From positions 64,001 through 128,000 of the forward strand of contig CAZQQT010000002.1 in the NCBI GenBank assembly GCA_964595645.1: a DNA stretch of 64,000 bases, written 5' to 3'. Both the position numbers and the translations under genes were made by a program. Position 1 is the stretch's first letter. Each line of letters begins with the position of its first letter. The stretch comes from an uncultured Thermococci archaeon (lineage in GTDB: Archaea > Methanobacteriota_B > Thermococci > Methanofastidiosales > B48-G16). Below, in pieces: positions 19,892-28,983 of the stretch. Below the pieces are notes generated by a model. That model ran no database searches, was not told the DNA's origin, and saw only the letters and a program-made list of their open reading frames with translations.

Positions 19892-20194
19892 ATGAACCAT
19901 AGTAGAAAAATGGATAAACAGCACATCTATCAAATGATTGCTCGATACCTCAAGAAAAAAGGAGCGAAAAAAGTGGCAATCTTTGGATCGTACGTACACG
20001 ATGAAGAGGAGGTAGGGAGCGATATCGATGTGCTGGTGACATTCTCCGACACAAAGAGCCTTCTTGAATTGGTCAGGATGGAGAGAGAACTCTCAGAAAA
20101 AATAGGGATACCAATTGATTTGTTAACTGAAAATTCGTTAAGTCCATATATCAAAGATCGTATCCATAAAGAGATGAAAGAGGTATACGGATGA
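19892..20194 (+). CDS. Minimal nucleotidyltransferase (MNT) antitoxin
   Basis: FGSY-x8-SDIDVLV motif, about 95-100 aa, ATGA overlap with the HEPN gene. Confidence 0.92.
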   Translation: MNHSRKMDKQHIYQMIARYLKKKGAKKVAIFGSYVHDEEEVGSDIDVLVTFSDTKSLLELVRMERELSEKIGIPIDLLTENSLSPYIKDRIHKEMKEVYG

Positions 20195-20529
20195 GTAAGG
20201 ATGATGAGGTCTACCTACAGCACATTCTCGATTCTATTGTGCTCATAGAAGAATTCACTGAAGAGATAGAGAAAAATGAGTTTACACGTAACGAACTGGT
20301 CCAATCCGCTGTGATTAGACAGATAGAGATAATCGGTGAAGCTACCAAACGACTCTCCAATAAAACAAGAGATGAATATCCCAACATACCATGGAAAGAT
20401 ATGGCAGGCATGAGAGATAAACTGATCCATGGATATTTTGGTGTAGATATAGACGCAGTATGGGACACAGTGCAACGAGATATACCCAAACTTGAAAAAG
20501 ATATTGAAAACGTTTTAAAAACGGATTGA
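20191..20529 (+). CDS. HEPN/DUF86 (HepT-like) RNase toxin
   Basis: EIIGEA, PWKDMAGMRDKLIHGY (RX4HXY). Confidence 0.93.
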   Translation: MSKDDEVYLQHILDSIVLIEEFTEEIEKNEFTRNELVQSAVIRQIEIIGEATKRLSNKTRDEYPNIPWKDMAGMRDKLIHGYFGVDIDAVWDTVQRDIPKLEKDIENVLKTD

Positions 20530-20733
20530 ATTAACTGAATGTTTGTTTTTCTTTCCAGTAGTTCATCTCAGCATTCCTTTATGACACCATTAGTAACTCT
20601 CTATGACAGAGGAATGGAGACTTCTACCTATGGATCATCCGTCGACAGGTTAACCCGGTACAGGCTTCGCTCAAGTGAATGCACTGCTTTTCGAAATAGG
20701 AGGAAAGAGCTCCCTAGCGATGTTCCGAAGGAC

Positions 20734-20862
20734 ATTGAGGAATTTCTCAATAAAGTGCAAGAACACCTCAACAACGCTAATACCACGAACAACACAATCT
20801 ACGCGAATAATGAGCTGCTGAAAGTAATCAAGCTATTGGAAAAAATATTAAACATGTTTTAA
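20734..20862 (+). repeat. Copy 2 of the 129-bp repeat; end of a frameshifted gene remnant (about 20640-20862)
   Basis: Encodes IEEFLNKVQEHLNNANTTNNTIYANNELLKVIKLLEKILNMF*; upstream AQVNALLFEI and ELPSDVPKD lie in different frames. Confidence 0.9.
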
Positions 20863-21074
20863 CTTTTTTCTGTTTTCCCCGCTTTTCTACCACCGATGGA
20901 TAAATTAGGAAAAATTCTCTTAATCTCATTGAGCGAACTAAAACATAATAAGATTTGAGCATGCCATATCAAACTGTATAATTCGTCGTATCTACCCACT
21001 TTATAGTTGTCTGACTACTGGAAATAACCGAAAGGTTAATAAATAGGATAAAAAATCTTTAAACGGTGATGATA

Positions 21075-21257
21075 ATGCCGGCTGTATTAGTTGATAAGGA
21101 AGCATGTACAGGTTGCGGAACATGCGTTGAGAACTGTCCTTCCGATGTGTTTGAAATCCAGGAAGGAATCGCTGTTCCCGTCGAGGAAGAGGCCTGTATC
21201 GGATGCAGGCTCTGCGAGTCGCAGTGTCCGGAAGGTGCGATTACTGTAGAAGATTAA
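21075..21257 (+). CDS. 2x[4Fe-4S] dicluster ferredoxin
   Basis: CTGCGTCVENCP and CIGCRLCESQCP; GGTGA RBS; BRE/TATA near 21028-21045; T-rich tract after stop. Confidence 0.95.
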   Translation: MPAVLVDKEACTGCGTCVENCPSDVFEIQEGIAVPVEEEACIGCRLCESQCPEGAITVED

Positions 21258-21420
21258 CCTCTTTTTCTTTTTTTCATTTATTTATTTCATGTTTGTTTGC
21301 ACAACTCCTTAGATTATTTTTCTTTTTTCAACTCTCTTCTTTTAGCTGAAGAACTTATCAATGATCCATGGTGGTGTTTTGCGCTACTATCCAAACCCAA
21401 AACGAAGTTTTGTGATTTAA

Positions 21421-21974
21421 ATCGCAGAACTTCTGTTCTTCGATCTGACCACAGAGCCGCCGGAACAAGATTCGGATGGCGATGGCGTGCCAGATCACAA
21501 TGACAACTGTCCGAATAACGCCAACCCAAACCAGTACGACAAGGATAACGATGGGTTCGGAAACGTATGCGATACTGTATTCATCTGGATGGAAGTACTG
21601 GAGAAATAGACAACGGATGCCCGTGTGATCGTGAAAAAGCAGGAAAGTACAGGCAAGAGGCTGAGGATATGATAGATGAGGCGAAGAGATTGAGGAGTTT
21701 AGCTGATACCACGAATACCGCAGAATATAGAAGTTATTTGATTGGGGCAGGTACAGCTGTGGGAGGATTTATAGGAAGCTATTTAGCTCCAGGGCCTGGT
21801 ACTGTGGTAGGAATGAAGGTTGGTGCGTTTGGTGTCGGATTAATAGTGGGGTACATAGGATTTGAGCAGGGTGAATATGAAGATGAGTGTATTGAAAGAG
21901 CTCACGATCTTGAAATTAGCGCAGAATATTTAGATCAAAAGGCAGAAGTATGGACACGAGGGGGCAGTGGATGA
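21421..21974 (+). pseudogene. 5'-truncated, frameshifted gene: thrombospondin type-3 Ca-binding repeats plus glycine-zipper hydrophobic hairpin
   Basis: Frame from 21421 gives DSDGDGVPDHNDNCPNNANPNQYDKDNDGFGNVCD; one base missing near 21573 joins it to ORF 21567-21974 (GAGTAVGGFIG...GMKVGAFGVG). Confidence 0.8.
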
Positions 21975-22390
21975 GCATCATGAAAAAACTATCTGGGTTG
22001 AACAGAGAAACAAAAATCTTTTTTGTTATTTTGTTTTTTGGTTCTTTGATTGGTCTTTTTTTGGATCATTTTTTCCTCTACCCCGTAGTTGGTGCCTTAA
22101 TAGGATTTGGTTATCTCTGTAACACTGGAAGGCTTGTTATTTGCAAAGAGAAAGAGTATAAATCAAAAGATCATTTTCTTTCCCACAAAGTAGACAATAA
22201 GATAAAGATATACCCCTTAACACTATTATCAATTCTTTTCGCATCATTAGTAGTTATGCATATCGCAGATGATCCTCCTCATTTTATATTAGCTGCAGTA
22301 ATTGGAGCTAGTTTTACTTTTTTCTATTTTGAAGGGGAGGGCAGACTCAACATCCACAAGAAAAATATTCCGATCTGGCCTCGGCACTAA
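21971..22390 (+). CDS. Hypothetical 4-TM membrane protein
   Basis: ATG overlaps the upstream TGA (ATGA); two hydrophobic hairpins. Confidence 0.7.
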   Translation: MSIMKKLSGLNRETKIFFVILFFGSLIGLFLDHFFLYPVVGALIGFGYLCNTGRLVICKEKEYKSKDHFLSHKVDNKIKIYPLTLLSILFASLVVMHIADDPPHFILAAVIGASFTFFYFEGEGRLNIHKKNIPIWPRH

Positions 22391-22681
22391 ATTCCCATCG
22401 TCTCTTTCACAACTAACAGAGTATTATACAATAAAGATTGACGATGGCAAAAGTACTTCAGCCAGATTAAAACATAGTTTGATGTTTTTTATACCAAAAT
22501 TCCACTTTTTTTGAGTTCTACGACCTACATCAATTCGTCTCTACACCTTTTTCAGTTATTTCGAGAGGAGAAAATCTGGGACAGCAGTGAAAGAAGAATA
22601 ACAGTAGGGGATCTCAGAATGAGTTATGCAACCAAGCATTATTTTACATAAATTTATAAACTCTCGTCGTAAAGTAGTACT

Positions 22682-23521
22682 ATGCTGAGAAAAAGCACTG
22701 TAGCTGGTAGATTTTACCCATCCAATCCGGATAGATTGAAAGGTCAAATACGAGATTTTTTCGATGAAAAACCAAAAATAAAGAGTTACACGGGAAAAAT
22801 AGGCGTGCTATCCCCTCACGCAGGATACGCATTTTCTGGAAAAACGGCAAGTTACAGCTACAAAGCGCTTGCCGAAACGTTTCCTGAAACCGTTATCATC
22901 ATCGGTCCTAACCATACAGGGATGGGATCGCCGCTGGCTATGATGACGAAGGGAGCGTGGGAAACACCGCTGGGAAATGTGGAGATCGACTCACAGCTCG
23001 CGGACACACTCCTCGATGAATGTGAGGTGCTGGACGCCGATGACACAGCCCACAGACACGAGCACTCAATCGAGGTACAGCTTCCCTTTCTTCAGTACCT
23101 CTCACCCGATATACAGTTCGTTCCTATCTCCATGAGCATGCAGGATCAGGATACCGCACAGGAACTCGGAGAGGCCATCGCTTATGTGATAGAGGATGAG
23201 AAAGTGGGAATCATCGCGAGCAGCGATCTCATGCACTACGGTCGGAGTTACGGTTACGTTCCGTTCAGGAATAACGTGATTGAACAGATGAAGGACATGG
23301 ATCTCACCGCATTGAACGCAGTAGTGGATCGTGCGCCGGAAGCGTTGTACGAACTCGCAGATAAAGGCTACACGATGTGCGGATACGGCTGTGTGTCCGC
23401 CATGATCTACGCGTTAGAGGAGTATGTAACGGAAGGCGAGATCCTCGATTACTCTACCTCCTCCGAGGTTTCTGGAGATACGAGTACTGTGGTGGGCTAC
23501 GGTTCTGTTGTCTTACAATAA
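22682..23521 (+). CDS. amrB: AmmeMemoRadiSam system protein B (MEMO1 family)
   Basis: VAGRFYP, PHAGY, GPNHTG, EHSIEVQLPF, ASSDLMHY, MCG. Confidence 0.95.
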   Translation: MLRKSTVAGRFYPSNPDRLKGQIRDFFDEKPKIKSYTGKIGVLSPHAGYAFSGKTASYSYKALAETFPETVIIIGPNHTGMGSPLAMMTKGAWETPLGNVEIDSQLADTLLDECEVLDADDTAHRHEHSIEVQLPFLQYLSPDIQFVPISMSMQDQDTAQELGEAIAYVIEDEKVGIIASSDLMHYGRSYGYVPFRNNVIEQMKDMDLTALNAVVDRAPEALYELADKGYTMCGYGCVSAMIYALEEYVTEGEILDYSTSSEVSGDTSTVVGYGSVVLQ

Positions 23522-23573
23522 ATTTAATAAGTAGATATTCATATAGTATCTATGGACATGAAGGAGGGATTAT

Positions 23574-24500
23574 ATGGGTTTTGGAAAAGGATACGGAAAA
23601 GTAATTCTGTTTAATGAACATTTTGTTGTACACGGTGTTCCGGCAATCGCCTCTGCCATCGGTCTGACAACAGATGCAGATGTGACCACACACAGCGGAA
23701 AGGGTATTAAACTGATCGATAATAGAAAAGGAACAGAGGGATACACTGAAGAGAAACATGAGCACCAGATGGAAGCGTTAAAAAGAGTAACGGAGTATAT
23801 GAACTTTGATCCAGAGGAAAATCCGATTAAAATAACACTTGGAGGAGATCTCCCCACATTTTCTGGTATTGGTGCGAGTGCTGCAAATCTAGTTGCCATT
23901 GTGCGAGGAATCAACGATGAGTTCAACTTAGGATTCTCTGATGAAGAGGTAAATAAAGCCGCATATGAGGGGGAACGAGCATTCGCAGGCACACCCTCTG
24001 GTATCGATAACACCGCGGCCACGTTTGGAGGGCTTATCTGGTTCAAGAGAGGAGAAAAGAATGTGATAGAGAGACTCAACATTAAAAAGCCGGTAGAGAT
24101 CGTCATGGGGAATACCGGTGTAGTGGCAAATACAAAGGAGGTTGTTGCCGGTGTGAGAGAGAGGAAGGAGAAATACCCGGACAAATATAACAAAATATTC
24201 AACGATGCAGAAAAACTCGTGTATAAAGCGCGAGACGCACTTATGGACTACGATCTGGAGCGCGTCGGAAAGTTCATGAATGAGAATCATACACAGCTTC
24301 AGGATATAGAAGTCGATGGAGAGGAGCTTAACTTCCTCGTTGATCTTGCCCGGAACAATGGCGCCCTCGGTGCAAAGCTCACAGGAGGAGGCGTCGGCGG
24401 CTGTATGGTCGCGTTGACCCCCGGTAAGAAACTCCAGGAGACCGTTGCATCTGCGATGGAAGAGGAAGGATTCCAGGTATTAAGAACACAGATACGGTGA
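23574..24500 (+). CDS. mvk: Mevalonate kinase
   Basis: GKVILFNEHFVVHG, PTFSGIGASAA, PSGIDN, GAKLTGGGVGG. Confidence 0.93.
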   Translation: MGFGKGYGKVILFNEHFVVHGVPAIASAIGLTTDADVTTHSGKGIKLIDNRKGTEGYTEEKHEHQMEALKRVTEYMNFDPEENPIKITLGGDLPTFSGIGASAANLVAIVRGINDEFNLGFSDEEVNKAAYEGERAFAGTPSGIDNTAATFGGLIWFKRGEKNVIERLNIKKPVEIVMGNTGVVANTKEVVAGVRERKEKYPDKYNKIFNDAEKLVYKARDALMDYDLERVGKFMNENHTQLQDIEVDGEELNFLVDLARNNGALGAKLTGGGVGGCMVALTPGKKLQETVASAMEEEGFQVLRTQIR

Positions 24501-24504
24501 TCCC

Positions 24505-25815
24505 ATGAATCTGCGCGATTTTCTCACGACGTTGGAGAAGGAAGGAACACTTTCCCGGATTACGAAGGAGGTCTCCATACACCATGAGATAGCAAATATA
24601 CTCTACTCTCTCAACGAGAAACCTACACTCTTTGAAAACGTTGAGGGATACGAATTTCCGGTGTTTGGGGGGATCACATCGGATAGAGATATAATCGCAA
24701 AGGCACTGGGAACTACAAAGGACCAACTGCTTTTCAAACTTGTTGATGCTCTTCGACACCCAAAAAAGCCGGAAATGGTAGAAAATGCCCCCTGCCAAGA
24801 GGAAATTGTTCGGGATCCGGATCTCGATACACTTCCCATACTCCACCATCTCCCTGGCGATGGCGGGAGGTATACCTCGGCCTCTGTGGCTATCATAAAG
24901 GATCCAGAGACGGGCAGAAACGCCTGTTACCATCGGATGATGCAGGTAGGGAAAGATAGGTTCACGGCACGACTGATCAAAAAGAGGCAGACGAGAACTA
25001 CCTACGATAACACAGAGGGAGAACTGGAGATGGCTGTCTGTCTCGGAAACTCGGTCCCTGTGATGGTGGCTGCTTCGCTCGGTCCTCCACCGGGTGTCGA
25101 CGAGTTGTCCCTTGCCAACGCCCTTGATGAGACGCCGCTCGTGAAATGTGTCACAAAGGATCTGGAGGTCCCCGCAGAATCCGAGTTCGTACTTGAAGGA
25201 AGAATCACACGAGAGTTAGATCGTGAGGGTCCCTTTGTTGATCTCACAGAGACACGAGATTTTGAACGGCAGGAACCGGTCTTCGTCGTTGACTGCATCA
25301 CCCACAGGAAGGATGCCATGTACCAGGCACTGCTTCCTGGACGACGTGAGCACAAGATGCTCATGGGCATGCCCAAAGAGCCTACGATATATGACGAGGT
25401 AAGCAAGGTAGTGACCTGTAACAATGTACTCGTCACCATGGGAGGCGGCTCGTGGTTACATGGCGTTGTTCAGATAGAAAAAGAAACCGAGGAGGACCCT
25501 AAAAAAGCGATAGAGGCAGCATTTAGAGGACATGGAAGTATGAAGCACGTCATCATTGTTGAGGAGGATGTGGATATATACGATCCGAATGCACTGGAAT
25601 GGGCAATCGCCACACGATTCCAAGCAGATAAGGATCTCTATATATACCCAGATCAGCCGGGGAGCTCCTTGGATCCTTCCGGAAAGCATGTGCCCGGGAA
25701 AAAGACGAGAACGACAAAGGTTGGCGTCGATGCCACGATACCGCCTGATGTCGATCCGAGTAATTATGAACGGGTGAGTTATACAAAGGTCGATCTCGAT
25801 GATTACCTCGGGTGA
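24505..25815 (+). CDS. UbiD-family decarboxylase; probable trans-anhydromevalonate 5-phosphate decarboxylase (AMPD)
   Basis: YHRM, EGPFVD, WAIATRFQAD, SSLDPS, KVGVDAT; context with mvk and the aconitase X pair. Confidence 0.9.
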   Translation: MNLRDFLTTLEKEGTLSRITKEVSIHHEIANILYSLNEKPTLFENVEGYEFPVFGGITSDRDIIAKALGTTKDQLLFKLVDALRHPKKPEMVENAPCQEEIVRDPDLDTLPILHHLPGDGGRYTSASVAIIKDPETGRNACYHRMMQVGKDRFTARLIKKRQTRTTYDNTEGELEMAVCLGNSVPVMVAASLGPPPGVDELSLANALDETPLVKCVTKDLEVPAESEFVLEGRITRELDREGPFVDLTETRDFERQEPVFVVDCITHRKDAMYQALLPGRREHKMLMGMPKEPTIYDEVSKVVTCNNVLVTMGGGSWLHGVVQIEKETEEDPKKAIEAAFRGHGSMKHVIIVEEDVDIYDPNALEWAIATRFQADKDLYIYPDQPGSSLDPSGKHVPGKKTRTTKVGVDATIPPDVDPSNYERVSYTKVDLDDYLG

Positions 25816-26116
25816 GGGAAAGTACGCAGTATGGCTTGAAGAGAAAAAGATCGGGAAGGATAGAGTGTATCTCTTAGGGGGAGGAGAAAAATCCCACATA
25901 GGAGGAGTCGTGATCTGCAGACCAAACGAGCAACCGCAGGTCATCGGACTGGAGGGGCACCGTGACACCGTTGTACTCACACCGATCGCTGAGAGAGCAT
26001 CGAAGAAGTACGGTACAACGGCAGTCGCGATTGGGGGAGTGCATATAGATAATGCGAAAAAAGAGGAGATAGAGAAGATTGTAAAGAATTGTAGGAGCAT
26101 GATATCATGTATCTGA
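25799..26116 (+). CDS. LpdD-like prenylated-FMN chaperone / PAC-fold protein
   Basis: IGKD-x4-LGGGEKSHIGGV, GHRD, GGVHIDNAKKEEI pattern; overlaps both neighbours. Confidence 0.7.
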   Translation: MITSGEGKYAVWLEEKKIGKDRVYLLGGGEKSHIGGVVICRPNEQPQVIGLEGHRDTVVLTPIAERASKKYGTTAVAIGGVHIDNAKKEEIEKIVKNCRSMISCI

Positions 26117-27291
26117 CAAAGGAAGAGGAAGCCATTTTGAATGGTGAGAAAGGAGAAGCGTATGAGAAGCTATTCCGTCTGCTTGTACGACTTGGCGATA
26201 TCTACGGAGCAGACAAGATGATTCCTGTAGGATCCGTGCAGGTGGCAGGAGTCTCGTATAAATCCATTGGAGACCCCGGAAGGGATTTTCTTGAGGATTT
26301 TGCGAAGAAGGGAGCAAAGGCAAAGGTGTTAACATTTTTAAATCCCGCCGGCATGGACATGGAAAACTGGAAAGAGATAGGATTCCCAGAGAAGTTTGCT
26401 GAAAGCCAGATGAGGATCATCAACGCGTTCAAAAAGATGGGAATCGTTGTGACAGCGACGTGCACGCCGTACCTTGCCGGAAACTTACCACGGTTTAGAG
26501 AGCATATTGCATGGTCGGAGTCCTCGGCAGTCTCCTTTGCAAACTCTGTGATCGGTGCGAGAACAAACAGAGAAGGGGGACCATCCGCGCTAGCCGCATC
26601 CCTCTGTGGTGTGACACCGAACTACGGACTGCACCTCGATGAGAACCGATCCCCTAATATGGTGATTCACGTCGATGCAGAGCTTACCACGAGCTCAGAT
26701 TTCGGTGCGTTGGGATATCACGTTGGAAAAATTGTAGAGGATAAAATTCCATATTATACAGGAATCAATGATGCAAATACAGATAATTTAAAAGCACTGG
26801 GTGCTGCAATGGCAGCATCGGGAGCCGTGGCACTGTACCATGCAGAGGGTCTCACACCTGAAGCACATCTCATGGATCCAGAAGGATTAGAGACTATCGA
26901 GGTCACGGAGAACGACCTGAAGGAGACCTATGAGGAGGTAACTACTGGTAAAGATCCAGATATCGTGATTCTCGGATGTCCTCACGCGTCTCTCCGCGAG
27001 ATTGCAGAGGTAGCTGGGAAGCTTCACGGGAAAAAACTCTCAAAGCCTCTCTGGATATGCACCTCAAAAACCATGAAAGAGACGGCAACAGCGATGGGCT
27101 ATACAGAAACAATTGAGAAGGCAGGAGGACGAGTTGTGGCAGATACGTGTATGGTCGTGTCACCAATCGAACAGATGGGATACAAAACCACAGCTGTGAA
27201 CTCGGGGAAGGCGGCGAACTATCTCCCTGGATTCTGTAACCAGAAGGTAGTTTTTAATCACATCGATAAGCTCATAGAGGAGGCGATCTGA
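26107..27291 (+). CDS. Aconitase X catalytic subunit; phosphomevalonate dehydratase large subunit
   Basis: MYLTKEEE, GVSYKSIG, TCTPY, WSESSAV, GARTNREG, GCPHAS, DTCMVV, NSGK. Confidence 0.93.
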   Translation: MYLTKEEEAILNGEKGEAYEKLFRLLVRLGDIYGADKMIPVGSVQVAGVSYKSIGDPGRDFLEDFAKKGAKAKVLTFLNPAGMDMENWKEIGFPEKFAESQMRIINAFKKMGIVVTATCTPYLAGNLPRFREHIAWSESSAVSFANSVIGARTNREGGPSALAASLCGVTPNYGLHLDENRSPNMVIHVDAELTTSSDFGALGYHVGKIVEDKIPYYTGINDANTDNLKALGAAMAASGAVALYHAEGLTPEAHLMDPEGLETIEVTENDLKETYEEVTTGKDPDIVILGCPHASLREIAEVAGKLHGKKLSKPLWICTSKTMKETATAMGYTETIEKAGGRVVADTCMVVSPIEQMGYKTTAVNSGKAANYLPGFCNQKVVFNHIDKLIEEAI

Positions 27292-27674
27292 TGAAAGGAA
27301 GAATGATCAATCCTGGAACTACAGAAGGTGAGGCGATTGTCTCACGAGAACCCATTGGATTTTATGGTGGAATCGATGCAAAAACGGGAATTGTCATAGA
27401 AAAAGGCCATGAACTCGAAGGAGAGTCTGTGAAGGATAAAATATTGGTATTCCCCCGTGGGAAGGGATCCACCGTTGGATCGTATGTCATATACGGGTTA
27501 AAGATGAACGGCGTCGCGCCGAAGGCAATCATCAACGAGGAGACAGAGACCATCGTTGCCACCGGTGCGATACTTGCTGGTATCCCGTGTGTCGATGGGA
27601 TCGATATCAGTGATATCACCACGGGAGAAACACTGAAGGTGGATGCAGACAACGGGACCGTAGAGAAGCGTTAG
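27291..27674 (+). CDS. Aconitase X swivel subunit (DUF126); phosphomevalonate dehydratase small subunit
   Basis: FYGGID, GKGSTVGSY. Confidence 0.93.
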   Translation: MKGRMINPGTTEGEAIVSREPIGFYGGIDAKTGIVIEKGHELEGESVKDKILVFPRGKGSTVGSYVIYGLKMNGVAPKAIINEETETIVATGAILAGIPCVDGIDISDITTGETLKVDADNGTVEKR

Positions 27675-27976
27675 CGTGGCTTTATTTTCTTGAGCGTCAA
27701 AATCGCTCGTCCAATTTTTTCTATCTCCTCTACAGTGTCTGCTGTTTGGAGTTTATTGTAGAGAAACGCTATCTTCTGATCCACGACATCCTTACTTTCT
27801 GTAGAGACGAACTCCGCAGCTTTTTTGTCTTCTTCTTTTTCCTGCGTACTACAGTTTACGCAAAATAGTTTCCCATCTTTCTCAAACAGTGGGTAGTAAC
27901 ACTTTTCACAGTGTTTGTTCGTCATTTTGGCTCCGGAAAGAAGTAACCGGGCCATCTTCTCACCATTAATTTCCAT
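27671..27976 (-). CDS. UPF0148 / SSSCA1-like zinc-ribbon protein
   Basis: LLLSGAKMTNKHCEKCYYPLF...FCVNC. Confidence 0.85.
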   Translation of the reverse strand: MEINGEKMARLLLSGAKMTNKHCEKCYYPLFEKDGKLFCVNCSTQEKEEDKKAAEFVSTESKDVVDQKIAFLYNKLQTADTVEEIEKIGRAILTLKKIKPR

Positions 27977-28613
27977 CGTAGTAACTCTCGATTAAAAATT
28001 TTATAAATTTTATCGTATCACTGACATTTTTTATATGGCTTTTCTCACCGGCGTAGATCGTTTCTATTGGGACATGACCGATTTTGCAGTCTGCCCGCAC
28101 TAACAGTTCCGACTCCAGGGTGAACCCGCGGGTCGTAAACTCAATTCCTTCCAGCACCTCCGTTTTTATCAACCGGTACCCCGATTGGCTGTCGCCGATA
28201 GGCTGGTGTGTTCTCCACGAGAGGAGGAGGGTCGTGAGTTTATTGGAGATCTCCCGTAGGGGCGGCATTTTCTCAAAATCTCGTGCTCCTATTACAATGC
28301 CGTAGCTCTCCTCCGCCTTTTCCAAGAATTTTGGGATCGCTGCAGGATGATGCTGTCCGTCGGCATCCAGCGTGATCACCGCATCGTAGCCATGTTCCAA
28401 CGCATAGGTAAACCCCGTGATCAACGCGTCTCCCTTCCCCTTGTTCTGTGCGTGCCGTACTACGGACGCCCCCTGTCTTTCTGCAATGTTTCCAGTATTA
28501 TCGATGGATCCGTCATCCACCACGAGCACATCACAGTACTTCAGCGTATCCTCTACGACTGTTCCTATCTTTTTTCCTTCGTTGTACGCCGGAATTACTG
28601 CCAGTACCTTCAT
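27966..28613 (-). CDS. GT2 dolichol-phosphate-sugar synthase-like
   Basis: IPAYNE, DDGS, LDADGQH, DSQSGYR. Confidence 0.9.
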   Translation of the reverse strand: MKVLAVIPAYNEGKKIGTVVEDTLKYCDVLVVDDGSIDNTGNIAERQGASVVRHAQNKGKGDALITGFTYALEHGYDAVITLDADGQHHPAAIPKFLEKAEESYGIVIGARDFEKMPPLREISNKLTTLLLSWRTHQPIGDSQSGYRLIKTEVLEGIEFTTRGFTLESELLVRADCKIGHVPIETIYAGEKSHIKNVSDTIKFIKFLIESYYDGN

Positions 28614-28622
28614 TACCGTTCC

Positions 28623-28898
28623 TTACTCTTTCTTCTTATAAAGTTTTATTCCTTCAGTACAGATCCGTGAGGAGATGCTTCCCATTATCCAGAGGCTCCC
28701 GATGTAGACAATCGATTTTATGATATTCTCAAAAAGTGTGGGGAACGTATCTTCCTCCCCCATCTTCTCTGGAAATTCAAGGTTCAGCATAGTAGGGTCC
28801 TGAAATATCCTGTACGCGGTGATAAAGACAACGCCAAGGAGTATCAACCCAATAAAAAATATTGCAAGCCCCATGTTGCGGACAGATCCTTCTTCCAT
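28623..28898 (-). CDS. Hypothetical 2-TM membrane protein
   Basis: Hydrophobic ORF co-oriented with the GT2 gene. Confidence 0.65.
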   Translation of the reverse strand: MEEGSVRNMGLAIFFIGLILLGVVFITAYRIFQDPTMLNLEFPEKMGEEDTFPTLFENIIKSIVYIGSLWIMGSISSRICTEGIKLYKKKE

Positions 28899-28983
28899 AG
28901 TCTGTAAAGGAATAACTAGTTAATAAAACTAGTGTTTGTCACGTCTCCCTTACATTTTTATATCGACAGCGAGAATACATCTC

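Noticed and set aside
19630-20862. 129-bp repeats as IS ends, CRISPR repeats or attC sites
   Set aside because: Divergence is codon-structured, there are only two copies, they are not palindromic, and no transposase, integrase or cas gene is in the window
20539-20862. 107-aa ORF as an intact gene
   Set aside because: Only the last ~50 codons look genuine; the upstream protein-like sequence lies in another frame
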